From the NCBI GenBank assembly GCA_965113315.1, contig OZ220364.1: DNA of 64,000 bases. One strand, given 5' to 3'. This document shows, piece after piece, positions 1 to 14,430 of the stretch; the first letter of the stretch is position 1; every line of letters begins with the position of its first letter. Below the pieces are notes generated by a model. That model had not been told where the DNA came from. It saw nothing but the letters and a program-made list of their open reading frames with translations, and searched no databases. Source of the stretch: Podarcis vaucheri. Lineage: Eukaryota. The position numbers and the translations under genes were made by a program.

Positions 1-1156
1 CATGGTTAACTATTTACCAAAAGGCAGTTCTCTGTATCAATTAGAGCAGTCATCTTCAGCCTTTTAACCTCAACCTGTAACATGCAACCCATGTATTGTT
101 TATAATAACTCTTCCTTTTTCTCACCTTCCGTCTCTCTTTCTTCCCCTCTCTCTTTCTTCCTTTCTCTCTCTCTCTCTCTGTGTTTAATATATTCATGTA
201 TGTCTTCCTTTAGAGACTTTTCGAAGTGACTCTCAATCAAAGGAAAACAGCAAAAAAAAAAAAAAATTGTGGTAGTAATGCTAGTGTGGTCCACTATAAC
301 TTGATCTGTGTCAGAGTCATTACTCTTCAGTTGATAATCACTAGAGGGGTTTTTTGTCTGTTACCTAAAGCTGATTGATACTCAAACATCAATTTTGTAT
401 TTGCATGGTGAAAGTTGACATTTTCAAACTGTCTTAATGCTTTGGTAAACATAACAAGTGAAGGCCATTGCAAAGAGAACTGATGAGAAACATATGATTG
501 TACATAACACTAAACAGGAATATGACAGTTGATCTCACACTTTGAGGACCACAGAATGTAATTACTTTGTCAATTTGATGAAAGCTATGTAAGGGGAATG
601 ATCTGCAACAAAAATCAACCACAGAGTCCTATTTTATGTGGTTTTTCTCAGTATCATGTTTTAAATATTTATCTCTACTGATTTAAAATGTTGTGTATGG
701 TCTCAAAATCACTGCCAAGTTATGTCACTTGGTGGTGTTCTGTTGCTGTAGATTTAACCCTGCGCCTGTCCTCCTGGTGTTTAGATTGCCAAAAATGTAG
801 GAAAGACAATATTCTCTTTCAGCCAAATGAAGTGATGCATTCAGACTTCCTGAGGAAACGGCCTCTTGTGAGCAGCTAAAATATTTATTTATCCAGGTTT
901 CTTCTTACTGAATTTGTTGTTTGCTAAAACAAGCAAAACTCTGCAGGCTGTAATGAGATAAACTAAAACTGAGTGTTACCCCCTGCCTGGATCTACAGAT
1001 GAATGGTATTTGAGACACATTTTTACAGGGAAATGAGATTCCCCCTCCTCTGAACATCTGGGGGGAAATGTGGAAAGTATGACAACTGGTGTCTTGCTGA
1101 CATATTTGCATCAAAAGTGCTTGTGTTGACTATTTTAGATACACAAACTATATGCG

Positions 1157-1165
1157 CGCACACAC

Positions 1166-1206
<41 letters not shown>
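1157..1206. repeat. (CA)n microsatellite
   Basis: Direct reading. Confidence 0.95.
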
Positions 1207-1208
<2 letters not shown>

Positions 1209-2972
1209 ATTGTGAAAAGGCCTGGATGCTGATATGCATTTAATACAAATTTCCTAAATCTTTATATACTTCAAAGCTATAGGACAGCTGGTTCTTCTAC
1301 CACCCTTCCTTTGTAACTTGCTCACATTTAATTATTCTTTTCTCCTCCCAATCTTTCTCTTTTCTGCTATCACCTTCAGATGAATACTGTCTGTCACAAT
1401 ATGGGTGGGGAAACATGCAGTGGCTTCTGTTTTGCCCTAACCAACATAGGCAACTTCTAATTTTATGTATGTTCACCTTTTTATTCTTCCTGGGAGTTGC
1501 TTGCAAGCTATAGTTGCAAGCGATAGTTAATAAATATAAAAGATGCTTATCTCTCGCAGACTGCTATCTCAACAGCTTGACAGTGGGGTAAAAAATGCAC
1601 AGAAAGACAACCTGGTTACTTAAGATGTAACCATGGAACATGTTTACTTCTTATTTTGCAAAATCTGTGACACAAAAGGCATTTCATAAAAACAAACAGG
1701 ATTCCAGCAAAGAGCAAGCTGAACCCCTGAGCAAAATATGCTGGACGTGCTGAAGCTATGCATGTCTGGGTCCGGCCAGAGCATGGATGGGTGACCATGT
1801 GGGAACCACGTGTACTCTGCCTTAAGTTCTGTGATGAAAGCAAGATGGTTTATAAATATAACTAGGAATGTGTTGAGACATTTTGAAATTCCCTCCACCC
1901 CCACTACATGTCTAGGCCCTACTTTCCCCCCACCTTGCCCACTGCCCCATGCCTGGCTGTCACAGGTTAGTGCTGTTGATGCTGCAATTCCTGCACCCAC
2001 TTGCCCTGCTGTCCCAGTTGACTCATTTAAAAAGACTGTGCATTGTTGTGCATAGGGAAAGAAGACACTTGGTGGCAGTGACTAGCTGATGTCGCTGTAC
2101 TGTTTGCTGCTGTCAGCAGCTGTTGACAGCTGCGTACTGCGAAAGTAGACTCTGCCTTCTGCTGTTTGCAGGCAGCGGAGAATGTGATTCTACATCTTGC
2201 TTTAGATCCTTTCTATTACTGGAACTGGTCACAAAGTCATACTAGAAGCTCATATAAATACTTAATTTCATCGAAAGAGGTTGCCGTTCACTGAAGTTTG
2301 GCAGTTACTGAATATGTTACTGATTACCTCTGTGTGATTTACATGTTTGAATAAAACGCCAGTCTCTGTAGTGCTGTGTCTTGCTTTATAGGGGTGGTAT
2401 TGGAGGGACTCACTGTACCACAAAACATATCCGACAGACAGTGTTTAAAGTTCCATTGAACTGCCATGTTAAATAATTCCACATGGCTTCTTTTTTAACT
2501 GCTATCCGTGCACTCTGTTGCATGCATTTGCAGTTGTCGGAATTGATTGATTGTAGGGTGGGTCATAAGTTTCCAAAGTTGGGTGATCTTGAAAACATTT
2601 ATAACATTAATCTTTAAAAGTAGGAGCATGTGATTAGCAAGGATTGTTTGTTCAGTGATTTTTTTTTTTTTAAGAAAAGGTGGGGGACAGAAGGAAGAAG
2701 ACGGTTGTTTTCATAATATACATGCATCATCAAAGTCTTGCCAAACTTGTCAAAGATAGAACTTGAAGGACCTGTTTAAATTATGTTTGTCCTACGGGTA
2801 GGGTTTTCCTCCCCTTTTTAAGGAAAAGCCAAAAGTTTTAATGTAGACTTGCTTTCAAAATCAATGTAAAATTTGCTGTTTCAGTTGTGCTTGGGAATTT
2901 TCTGAAATGAAGACCAAAGCACCTGCAAAAACAGCCTGTTCTTTAGCTCGGATGTTCTCTTGCATCCCTTAA

Positions 2973-3086
<114 letters not shown>

Positions 3087-6000
3087 TAAGGCTGCACACA
3101 CCTGCTCTCCAAAATGAGTAATAAATCTCATTGTTCTTTTTATATATTTCCCAGCTTACTGCCCTTCCTTATGTTTAGATAAGCAAATATGTCAACTTCA
3201 GAACAAAAGACTGTGAAAGCGTTGCCGTTTTGTGCTTTGAAGATTCTGAAAGCTTACAATGCCACATGGAAAACATATTGGCTTGCCCTCTCATCATATT
3301 CAGCAAGGGCTTTTATAGATGTAGAAATTAAGAATCGCAAGATTCCAGGTGTTCCTGTGAAATATCATAGACAATTGTGAAGCATGTACCGTACTTTTAG
3401 AAGTGAGTGGCTCTGCCAAGAAAATCATTATGGATCTCCCACAATAATTCTTTAAAAAGAACAACAAACATTTCTAAAGTCTTTAAAAGGTCTAAGTTAG
3501 CCTTCTATTTGATTTTCCTTTGAGCAAAAGGGACAGGATGGAACTTGTGAGTTTGATACATGACAGGTCACTTGCCCACCATTACTTCCCACCTTGCCCA
3601 CCTTCTACCACCACATTTCTCGCCAAGAATTCCAAAGCCTGCATTGCGGTCAGAATAACGTGCATGGACTTCAATATGTGTGTTCTTTTCTAGCTTGTTT
3701 AATCCGTTTCAGACAAAGAGGCCATGTTCCCTTGATGTAGAATTTGGATGTATTTATTTATTTATTTATTTAAAATGACTGTTAATTTAAATCCATGATT
3801 AACAGCTTTCCATCTAAATTGAAGGTCAGACATTAAAAATGATAAATTATTATGTTCATTTTTAAAATTACATTACAAAATAACATGCACACAAAAAAGA
3901 AAACTAAGTAGAAAGACGTTCTGGAGAAATAAATTTGTTCTAGTCTATCAGTTCCAGCACTTCCTGTTATGCAGCTTAGTTTAGTTCCCGTATCTGACAA
4001 AGGAACCTCACTGCTCTGCAATATTTAGTTTAAGCTCATTATTTCTATCAGCTTATACATTAAGACAACATTCAAGTTGTATATAAATAATACATTATTA
4101 TTTAAGTTAACTACAGGATATACTACAAGTGCAGATAATATTGTTGGGATGCAGTTTAGTAGCATTTTTAGCTACTTTTACTGTATTTCTTTGAAAGTCC
4201 TCTCCTGCCCTCACCGTGCTTACTAGGCAGTTTTAAGAATTGCTAGTTCTGCTGGTTCTGCAACAGGATGGTAGCACAATAAGCATAGTTTTATTTTTAA
4301 AAATTATACTTGTAAACCACTTAGAAAACGTATAGAAATTATTAAATAATAACCGCTATGTTAACTGTTGTGCAGTACAGCAGCAATAACTAAGGACAAA
4401 TACCTAATCTGTTTATGAGGAAAATGCAAGAATATTGAGAAGACTTCAAATGTTATAAAAACGTCACATTCAAAGGCTTATTGGAAAATGGGAATTGGCC
4501 TTATTAAAACATGGGTGAATCTCTTTCATGGCAGGCATGTTTTAAACTCAGATCAAATTCTGTATATAATTTTGTAAGACAAGTTATGTCGTTTTTAACA
4601 GCATCGCTTAATTTGTCACTGTGAACTCCCTACAGAAAATCTGTAGTTCCCAGCATGGACACAGTAAAAAAAAACCCTACAGGTGGTTCCCCCCCCCATC
4701 TATGTCTGATAGATGAAATATATATAATATAAAAATTGCAATTCCCATATTGTGAATTGCAGATTCTCCTAAGAGAGTTCACACTGACAAAGAAGGTCCA
4801 TTCGCAAAAGGTTTTGCACCAAATACTGTTAATACAGAGTTGCGGGGGGGGGGGGAGGGATCAGCCACAGCATGTTTTTAAAGGAAGCTACCACAGAATC
4901 ACAACCAAACAGATTAGAACCGTTGTGGAAAAACAGGACATCCTTGGGAAGATCCATTATCCCAGAGTGTCTAAGGGCATGTCAGTCATTTTAACAACTT
5001 GGCTTGTCTCACAAACAGGAGCCAAAGCAGCCTAATATGACAACAGCTAGAAGTGCTTGGGAAAATGCCCCTTCTGGCACCTTCTGGAACAGGGTTTTGC
5101 CCTACATTCTCTCCATATCCTAATACCACCACTTATCACACTTAGTGATGGAGCTCCTTTGTATATTTTTTGTTTGTTTGTTTCACTGTAACGTCTAACC
5201 TTTGTTTTTCCTGAAAATAATTAGATGGTTGGGTTTGCTATTTTTGATTAGACCTAGGAAAAAACACACTGAACATTATATATATGAAATGCCCATTCTT
5301 TCATTCTGTATAAATCGTTATCAGTTTGTATTTCTTAGTTTTTCCCCTTTATGACAAATCATAAAGCAGGAATCAAACTTCTTATGATGTTTTACAAGAA
5401 GAATTCTGAAACATGTGTCACCTTTTGTGCATGCTTTCTGCTCCATGTATACATACAAATAAAAGGCAGTATCCCATGGGGCTCCTGTTTGAGCAGAAAC
5501 TTAAAGCAACCTTGATTTCTGTTTGTATATCTGTTCAGTTTTTTGTATAGGATTGGGTTCCAACTTAACGAAGGTTGGGGAGCACTACACCTTATTTGCA
5601 AACTTAAAGTTAAAGCCCGTATTCATAAACTATTCAACAAACAATTTTCAGATAGCATTTCCATGATTTGTGCCAAGGATTATTTATAACAAAATTATGT
5701 TTTCCCTTAGGCATCTGTGAACAGTTGGTCCTATTTATTTCTGTGTTTTATCCATCATCTTTGGAGGATTGAAAAAAAGTGATGGATGAAATTACATGAA
5801 AATTGAAACAAAATAGTAAAGCAAGCCCTGGGGGTAAACTCACTCTCATTGTAAATAGAGTACTTTGGTAAACTTGTTCTGATTTGTTCTGTAAGATGGT
5901 GCTAATTACAGATTTCTAAGTTCAGTTAATTTTATTTTAAAAACATCATGGGGAATATTCTAATGAGAACATCTGTTGAGCACACAGTGAGCCAAAAACT

Positions 6001-9000
6001 AGGCTGAGCCAAAATTCAATTGAATGGAGGTGTCTTGAATTTGCTTAGGTCAGTGTGTGTGTAAACTTTAAACTCCTCCTCCTTTCTCACCCCCAAGTAA
6101 AATTAAAGCTTTTCTCCCACATCTGTGCTGTCTTCAGAGCAGCACCGTACTTTACGTGAAAAACCTGTTCGATATATACGACAGTGTTTCCCACAAAAAA
6201 TACTAGAGGGCATAAAGGGTACAGCAGTCCCATGTTCGGCCAGAGTGATATGAACACAAGCATTTAAGTGCACACCTGTTTGTCCACAGTTCACCTATTT
6301 GCTGTGAGAAACATTGGTATGCACATAGGATTGGGTTTTCCATATAAAAAAAAAAATCATCAGCGTTTTTGTATCCTAAACGCTATTTGACTATGTTTAT
6401 CACCAGCAAAGAGAAGGAACAAACGACCATTTAGATTAAATAATCAGAGACACAAGTTTCCAAAGGCATACATTTAAGTCATGGCAATTCATTTGGTCAG
6501 AACCATATTCACCAAACTTGAAACTTTATTATACTCTCTTCTCTGCCCTTTGTGGTCATTATGGGGACTCCAAGGCAATCACTCATCGATCTATCTATCC
6601 AACTGTCAACAGCTAATTTAATGTTCTTTAAAGTGTCACTTAACCTTGAATGATGTTGGCCTAAGTCCTTATAGACTTCAAGCTAGACGTCAACTGGCAT
6701 TATTTCTTCAGCTGGCCAAAACAACGCACTTTGAGAGCTGCAATCTTCTGCTACGTATTTTCCCAGGGTTCAGACTTTTCTAGTTAAACTGAATGTTAAT
6801 CAAAACAGCAGAAAAATGGGCAGATTGTATTTAAAAGGCTGGTGTCTTGCACCATTCCAAAAATATTTGGGGCATGTAAAAAGAGTTCTGGAGCATCTTC
6901 AAAAGTGTTCTTGTTTTGATGATACATTTGACTCTTATCAAATTTAATTTTTGGTCTATTCTATTCTCATCATCTTAATTTTACCCATTGGTGCAATAAA
7001 TCTTGAAGTCACCTACTCACAGAGGAAATGCTCTTTTACACAAATTTTACACAGGCTACTTAACAGCAAAAACCATTGCCAGCAAAGCTGGTAACTAAAA
7101 ATCATGGATGTACAGAAGATCTGCAGCTGACTTCTTATATATCTTTTGATTCTATCTTCAAATCAGCAAACAATGGGCCCTTTGCCGTGGGCTCACTTCC
7201 TCCAGATGTTCATCTTTATTCATCCCCTTTAGAGATTTCTGGATACCTTTTTATTAAGAAAAAAACAACCCTCCAGTTTTAGGGAACTCCCTTTTAGGTA
7301 TTTTTCCTTCCTTTCACTTTGCTTTGGTTGTATTTCTATAGGATTTTATTGATACATGTAAAGGGTCTTGTGCTCATATGTACTTTATCTGAGCAAAGCC
7401 AATCCAAATAAGCTACATCAACCCAAAGATTGAAATAGCCCAGTCTACATTTCTCTGTTGTGAAAGTTTTCAATGTCTTCAAGCTAGATATTCCTTCCTC
7501 CTCACAAAACTTCAGTTCTCTTTCAGTGTGAATGATTCTGAAATCAGCTATAGCCTGTTTATATAGCCAAATGTCCAGGGAGCACTCTGCCATTTGGGTG
7601 TTTTTACTTACACTCCAAATCTAGCCCTGCTGTGTATGGGTTGCAACTAACAAAGTCATTGTGTGAGCAGAATGACTTCAGCTTACATGCCATAACTTCC
7701 CCTTTTTCTCCATCTTTCCACCACCCCTCAAACATGCCTGTTGCTCTCTCCCAGATCGGCCCAGGGGTTTACACCAGCCTTCCTGGAGGCAACTGAGCAG
7801 CCAGAGCATTAACAAAAGCAGGAAGGTGTGAACACACAACACTGCTTCTAGCTGCCAGTTTTTAAATGATGGTTTAATTTAAAGTGTTTGTTTTGACCTT
7901 ACGAAGCCCTATGCAGCCCATGACCCTACTACCTAAAGGGCCACCTCTTCCCATATGAAAGACAGACACAGGCCTTCTCTATAGTAACTCCCTTCTCTAG
8001 AAAACTCTCCGTGATAAAAGAAAGGCATGCCTGGCACCAACTTCACTCTAATTATGCAGTAGATAAAAATGTTTTTATTCATTCCAGTCGTTCCGGACAG
8101 CTTTATGATACTGATGCTGCAGTTCTTCAATCCAGGCTTTACTGTGTGTTTTTATAAATGTTCCTGCACTGAGATTGCTCATTGTTTTAACATGTTTTAT
8201 TATATGAGAGAGAGAGAGAGAGAATATCACTTTTTAGTATTATGTGATTTTTTTAAAAAATCACTACTAAGGCCCTGCCCCACACAAGGAAACGAGGACT
8301 GAGAGGGTGGACAGCAAAGCAAGGTCAAGTGAAAATTAAGAGATTTAAAAAACTATTAAGCAGTTTATAAATGCTTTTAAATAAAGGAAGTTCTTAAAGT
8401 TACAGTTCTTAAAACATAGTTTTACAAGGTCTGCCTCTGCAGATTCTGACTGTATAGAATAGCAGCAACTTCATGGTGGTGGTGGCAGTTCTACCTGTCT
8501 TGCTCTCCCTAGAGATACCCCCTTCTCCCCCACCCTCCCCATCAGATTCAGGAGCAGAGCAGATGACAGTGCCCAGGCCAGGAGGACAGGGCAGCTCCTG
8601 CCCCACAGTCAGAAAGCTAACTTGATGGTGGAAAAGAAATCAGAGTAAACACAGCATTCTCCTTTGCACCTATCCATCATTTCAACATGCCTATATGTCT
8701 CCTTTCACCTGTCACACACTTTAAAATTCCTGTTGGAGGAAAACCAACAACTTGATTCCTTTGTTGTTATATTATAACTTATTTGGCATAACAAAAGTTA
8801 AAACTTTCTCAAATCAGACCTTTTTGATAGATGCACACCCTACATTCTAACAGTAACATAAGCCCTTATTTGTAGTTAAATTATGATGTATTACATTTTT
8901 GTGCATTTTGTTATATTATAATCTGAGCCTTTTCACACTTAATAAGGGACCAGTGCTCTAAACCATATTAGGTTGAAGATTATCATCTTAAATTGACTCT

Positions 9001-9261
9001 CATACTATCCAAAAACCAGGGAAGCTTAGTTGTTACTCTTCATTTCATTTCATGATCAGCACTGGTTATAGGAAGCTCCTTCAGGATAGAAGAACAATTC
9101 AACAAGAAAATAACAATTAATGGTAAAATCTGATCTTTTTTTGCCCGCCAGTGGAACTGACATCATTGGCAGAATGAACTCCCCCAAATTTAGTCTTATT
9201 TATATATATATTAAAACTTGTATATTGCTATAGCATGAAAAATATCAAAGTGGTTTACAGC

Positions 9262-9353
9262 AAATTATCAATAGAAAAGACTTATGACCTGAAAATAGAG
9301 ACAATGCACATACTTTTGTAACCCAAGAAAATCTTTAATAAAAATTGTTTTTT
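9262..9353 (+). mobile_element. Extremely 5'-truncated copy of the same L1-like family
   Basis: 14-bp TSD AAGTGGTTTACAGC (9248-9261 / 9354-9367). CCTGAAAAT...CTTTTGTAACCCAAGAAAATCTTTAATA matches the reverse complement of 49791-49835. Confidence 0.82.
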
Positions 9354-9577
9354 AAGTGGTTTACAGCTATAAAAACGACAGTGCAATAATACAATAAAGC
9401 CATCAAAAAGTTAAAAACATATCTCAATTAATCATTGTGGAAGGGTGTACTCTTAATTGCCTGCATAGACCTGGAGGAATAGAAAAGTCTGTTGGTGGAG
9501 TACTCCACAGGACTGGGCCAATGACACTGAAGGGATGCCCTTGAGCTGAGTTCTTAAATGCATGTGAATTCGCAAAA

Positions 9578-9773
9578 GACTGTAGTAGAGCGGTAGAGCA
9601 GTAGAGTTCTTCTTTGCATGCAAAAGGTTCCAAGTTCAATCCCCAGCATCTAAAGGTAGAGCTTGCAGATACAATTGTCTGAAATCTTAGAGAGCCACCA
9701 CTGGTCACTGTGGACATTACTGAGCAACAAGGACCAGTGTTCTGATTCAATATGATGCAGCTTCTTACGTTTC
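9578..9773 (+). mobile_element. tRNA-derived squamate SINE (Squam3-like)
   Basis: GGTAGAGCA...TTTGCATGCAAAAGGTTCCAAGTTCAATCCC (A/B boxes)...GAGAGCCAC..GGACATTACTGAGC..GGACCA..GCAGCTTC matches recalled consensus. Confidence 0.75.
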
Positions 9774-12700
9774 AAACATTACTGGTTTGTTAAAAATTTG
9801 TTACTGGATAACTGGCTCAGAACTGAAGTTGCAAATGCTTTTGTTTAACGTGATGTGGGGAGGAAGAGATGTTCCTGTTTGAAAACAACATAGTTCTAAA
9901 GCGACACCACAGCAGTGTTCTTTTCAAATAATGTTTATCCTGGAGGTATGCAACTTTTAATATAACTGTATGAAAACAAGTGTGTTCTTTCCTGCTGAGT
10001 TCCTTTTCTTCCATGCATTTCCTCTGAAGAGTGGGAAGCTGGCATTGCCTGTGTGTTGTAAACAAGAAATTTTAATAAGGCTGTTTTATATTTTGACATG
10101 TCCAATTACTCGTGAAAATGTTGCCCTTGCATTTTAAGCAGCAGGACGCTTATTCACTCCCCTGCTTCAGATAGCTGCATTTACAGGCAATGAAGGAAAA
10201 ATCCTTAAGGCTAGAACACAGTTTAAAGAGAATAAAACCCACATCAAAGGATGAACTAATGGATTGCTGTAATGCTTACTATCTTGCTTTCCCAAAGGGA
10301 ATAGGAATGGCAGTAGCTATGTATCCACACATAGTGTTGATTACATCCTTTATGGTCAATGAGAGTTCCTGTTTTATGTTCATAAACAGAACCTGATAAC
10401 TGTTTTTAAGATACATATGTGTGGCTGGGTGTGGATTTGTGTTTGTTTGTGTATTTCTTTGATTCTCCATGCAAGATACAAAATTATTGCACTTTAAATG
10501 GAGACGGCAGTAGTTGCCAGCTACTCAGCTCCCTGTTTCAGTTGGTTGTGCTGTGTGAAAAAACTCTGCAGCAGCGCAGTAGAGACATTCCTTTATAAGC
10601 AGTTCTGTTTGTTAAATAGAAATCCCGCGGAAACATTTGACCCCTCACGCCTTGCTGCTTTTCAATTCAGCTGTGAGGCCTTTGCCATGGAATTATTTAT
10701 CAGGGCCTTTAATTGCATGTGGGACAGTTGATAAATTTGAGTGCATTATGCATCACATCACGTTAGGAAACATCCCAGATGCTCATGTATAAGCCAGGAG
10801 TCATGGTGCATTTGAGTAAATAGCCCTCCATCTGCTTCTGAGGACCACTGCTGAGTAGCGATATGCACTCCTAATGGAGTTGTCTTAGCCTCCTGTGTCA
10901 GCTGCGCAGTAGGAGGTAGGGCCCTGTTCGTTTGAAGGAGTACAGCAATTGTATACCATAATCCTTCTGATTATGACCTCCAATATGAACAGACCTTTGG
11001 GGATGTACCATTTATGCCAATTCCATTTTTTTCTTTTAAAAAAAGAAATAATGGCAGATAACTTCCTTTTCTTCTGAACTAGCCATGGGGAAGTATAGTC
11101 TGTTGTGGCACAAAACCAAAATAATTAGCTAGTATGGTAGACATGCAAATACCCAGTGGCCTTGATATCCAAGCCCCTTGCAAATCTAATCTGGATGAAC
11201 ATACATCTGTGGTGAAAGTGTATGGGAGTAGAAAGGCACAGAGTACTGGCAGAACATTTCATTTATACTTGTTAGCGTAGATTACTATATAGTTCCGTAG
11301 GATTTTCAGCAAAACACACTGCCCACTTTTATTGCTGAAACACAGTCACTAAACAATTCAGCTTTCCAGAAAGTCAAGTCCTAATAATTACAGAGGCAAA
11401 CCTTCCCCCCAGATGGTTGAGCTGTTTCTTAAATGCAGTATGTGATAATTTGTCACCAGGAGGTCCTCCTAGGGATAGTGAAACACTTCAGTTGAACTGT
11501 CTGTGTTTTCAGCACCGGGGAGAATTCTGAGTGACAAGAAAGACTGTTGCCTGCAATATCCCCAGGATATATCCTATAAGTGGGTTTTGGGAGCCTCCAA
11601 GAAGAACTGAAGACTAGAGCCAAGGAAATAGGGATAAGCAACTAAGATAAGCTGTCTCATTTGAACATTGTCTTTATTTCTGCCCTTGTTCATAGCTGCC
11701 CATATAAATCTGCCTATATGCATTGTTCAGATGAGAATGTAGGTGTGTTGCGACTGCAGAGGTGTATATCCAAAAGCAGAGTGTAACTAATAGTGGGAAA
11801 AACACATCAAGAATGATGTTTCTTATGGGCTACCAGATTATTTTTATAAAGAATATATCCACCCTGCCTTGTGAAGCAATACATCTTGTCTCTGGGATAA
11901 GCCTGCCATTTTCTCAGTGTTTAGCCCTTATGGAGTCTGTCAAATTTATTCAGATTTGTGTTTGTACATTTTGTTTTAAGACAATCCAACTCCCTAGCAC
12001 TCAGTTCTGTTTTTAATAGTGGGGCCTTATCTTACTTAACCACAGCAGCCCCGTTATTCAACATGTGCCAAGTAGTTTCAGAAATGACACCACTCAGCAA
12101 GTCCATTACCGAACTGCCAGGGATAGTAAATGGCTTGCACCTTGAGTTCTGTTTACAGTAAGTCACGTAAAAAGTGCATTTCTTCTATAAATGGTTGAGT
12201 TTATAAGGCCTTTAAACAAGGGACAGCTTACACATTATCAACTTGGCAAGTCAGATACCAGAGCTTACACTTTAATTAGGCATTGCTAGAATAGCCGTTG
12301 CTGCACAGTTTGCATTCCAGAGGCTAAGATACACAAAGAGCCCTCTCACACATTTTATAGGAATCTTCTTGATAAAGTCACAGTGAATATTGTGCTATAA
12401 ATCCTGCTGAAAGGGGACCCTGGGCCTTTTCCTGTCCGTGCAGTGGAATTTGGGTTTTAACTTATTTGCTAGTTTGCCTTCATTATGAATTTCTAATGGC
12501 CTGCTCAGTTCAAGGTTTTCTGCATAAGAATTTAAGAGGGTCTGCAGCTATTACTGTGAACCTGAAGATGGTGATAGGCCAGCCTTTGGCTTCAAAAGTT
12601 AGTGTGCTATATGCAGGCACTATTAGAACCTAAATGGGGAAAGGGTAGCAGAGGAAGCAAAACTATTGGGAAGCAGAAAGAAGCATTCAAACCCAAAACA

Positions 12701-12789
12701 ATAATGTATTGGTATTTTTATATATTTAAAACAGATGATGGGCAGCTTTGAATATTATAATGTTACAGTAACAAGTGGGGCCTGCTATA

Positions 12790-13015
12790 CAGTGGTACCT
12801 CAGGTTACATATGCTTCAGGTTACAGACGCCGCTAACCCAGAAATAGTGCTTCAGGTTAAGAACTTTGCTTCAGGCTGAGAACAGAAATCATGCTCTGGC
12901 GGCGCTGCGGCAGCGGGAGGCCCCATTAGCTAAAGTGGTGCTTCAGGTTAAGAACAGTGTCGGGTTAAGAACGGACCTCCCGAACGAATTAAGTACTTGA
13001 CCCAAGGTACCACTG
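12790..13015 (+). mobile_element. Tc1/mariner-superfamily (pogo/Tigger-like) MITE, family A copy 1
   Basis: TA|CAGTGGTACCT...AGGTACCACTG|TA; internal TTCAGGTTA repeats. Confidence 0.92.
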
Positions 13016-13625
13016 TACACTGTTTCTTGGTGAAGTGCTTCTGTTCCTTGTTTCAGCCAAGCAGCTATGATTTTTCTATTCACCCTTTTTCTCTCTCCAG
13101 CAGTCAAGTCAGCATTTTTTACTTCCAAAGTACACTCAGTTACCATCGGCCTGTTTTAGAGATCTTCTTCCTCACCCCACTTTCGGGGAGTTTTTTTTTT
13201 TTCATTTAAAAAATAAACCCCACAATGCAAGTCTTGGGCTTTCCTGCAAGTCTTGGGCTTTCCATTGTAATTTCCCTCATGTGTATGGATGGTACCATTT
13301 TGGCCACATAAGGATGGGCAGTCAGAGAATGCATTTACAATTAGTATATGTAGGATGTTAGGTTAGTAATAATGGACGAAGATAAGGCTGGCATATGCAT
13401 GCTGCCAGAGAATATCCTTGGCAGCAGAAAGCAGCATGCAGCCTGGGGCCTGAGAGGGAAGAGAATTGGCCTTTGGCGGACTCCCCCACCCCACCCCAAA
13501 GAATCCTTTTGGCAGGGAGGGGAAACTTCCTTTTGACACAAAAGGTATGAAGTAAAATTGACCTTCTGAGAAACTTCAGTACCATTTGCACTCAGATCTT
13601 ATTTCAATACAGTAATGCAATCAAA

Positions 13626-13791
13626 CAAGGAGAAGGGGACGACCGAGGATGAGATGGTTGGACAGTGTTCTCGAAGCTACGAACATAAGTTTGACTAATC
13701 TGCGGGAGGCAGTGGAAGACAGGAGTGCCTGGCGTGCTCTGGTCCATGGGGTCACGAAGAGTCGGACACAACTAAACGACTAAACAACAAC
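13626..13791 (+). mobile_element. 5'-truncated Bov-B/RTE LINE 3' end
   Basis: GAGGATGAGATGGTTGGA...CCTGGCGTGCT...GTCCATGGGGTCACGAAGAGTCGGACAC..ACT + (CAA)n tail; 12-bp TSD AATGCAATCAAA (13614-13625 / 13792-13803). Confidence 0.92.
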
Positions 13792-14313
13792 AATGCAATC
13801 AAATTCAGCTCTAAGTAAAATGGGTTGTGATGGTGTCTTTTAGCATTGGATCATACTTTCAGCCAACACTGAAATAAAGTAGAAGCAGCACTTTCCTTCT
13901 ACCATACAGATGCAATAGCTCTGTATTTTGACTACATAAGGATTGCACACTTGGAGAATGGTTTGCTCTGAGCTGCACTCAGACCTAGTTCATATGATTC
14001 TTCCCTTGTTTTTTCAAGGAGGAGAATCACACAATTGGCAGTTTGCCCAGGGGGTTGGTTCGCTGCATAGCATCTCTACTGGAGAGGGAAGGTCCTCAGG
14101 CTACTCTTCCCACCACACTTTCACCTCACACATGTGTGAACTGGGGTTTCCTTATACAGTAGTATACGTTCTAGTGATAGCTTTTTTGGGGGGTGTAGGA
14201 TTGAAAGCTAACTTTGGTGTACAGATACAGATGGGTAGCCGTGTTGGTCTGCCATAGTCCAAATAAAAAAATTCCTTCCTGTAGCACCTTAAAGACCAAC
14301 TAAGTTAGTTCTT

Positions 14314-14422
14314 GGTATAAGCTTTCGTGTGCATGCACACTTCTTCAGATACCTTCCTTAAAGACAAACTAAGTTAGTTCTTGGTATAAGCTTTCGTGTG
14401 CATGCACACTTCTTCAGATACC
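14314..14422 (-). ncRNA. Two tandem minimal type I hammerhead ribozyme motifs (14314-14353 and 14383-14422)
   Basis: Each reads GGUAU-CUGAAGA-A-GUGUG(CAUG)CACAC-GAA-AGCU-U-AUACC on the minus strand: 5-bp stem I, core, stem II, palindromic AGCU stem III. Confidence 0.7.
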
Positions 14423-14430
14423 TTCAGACA

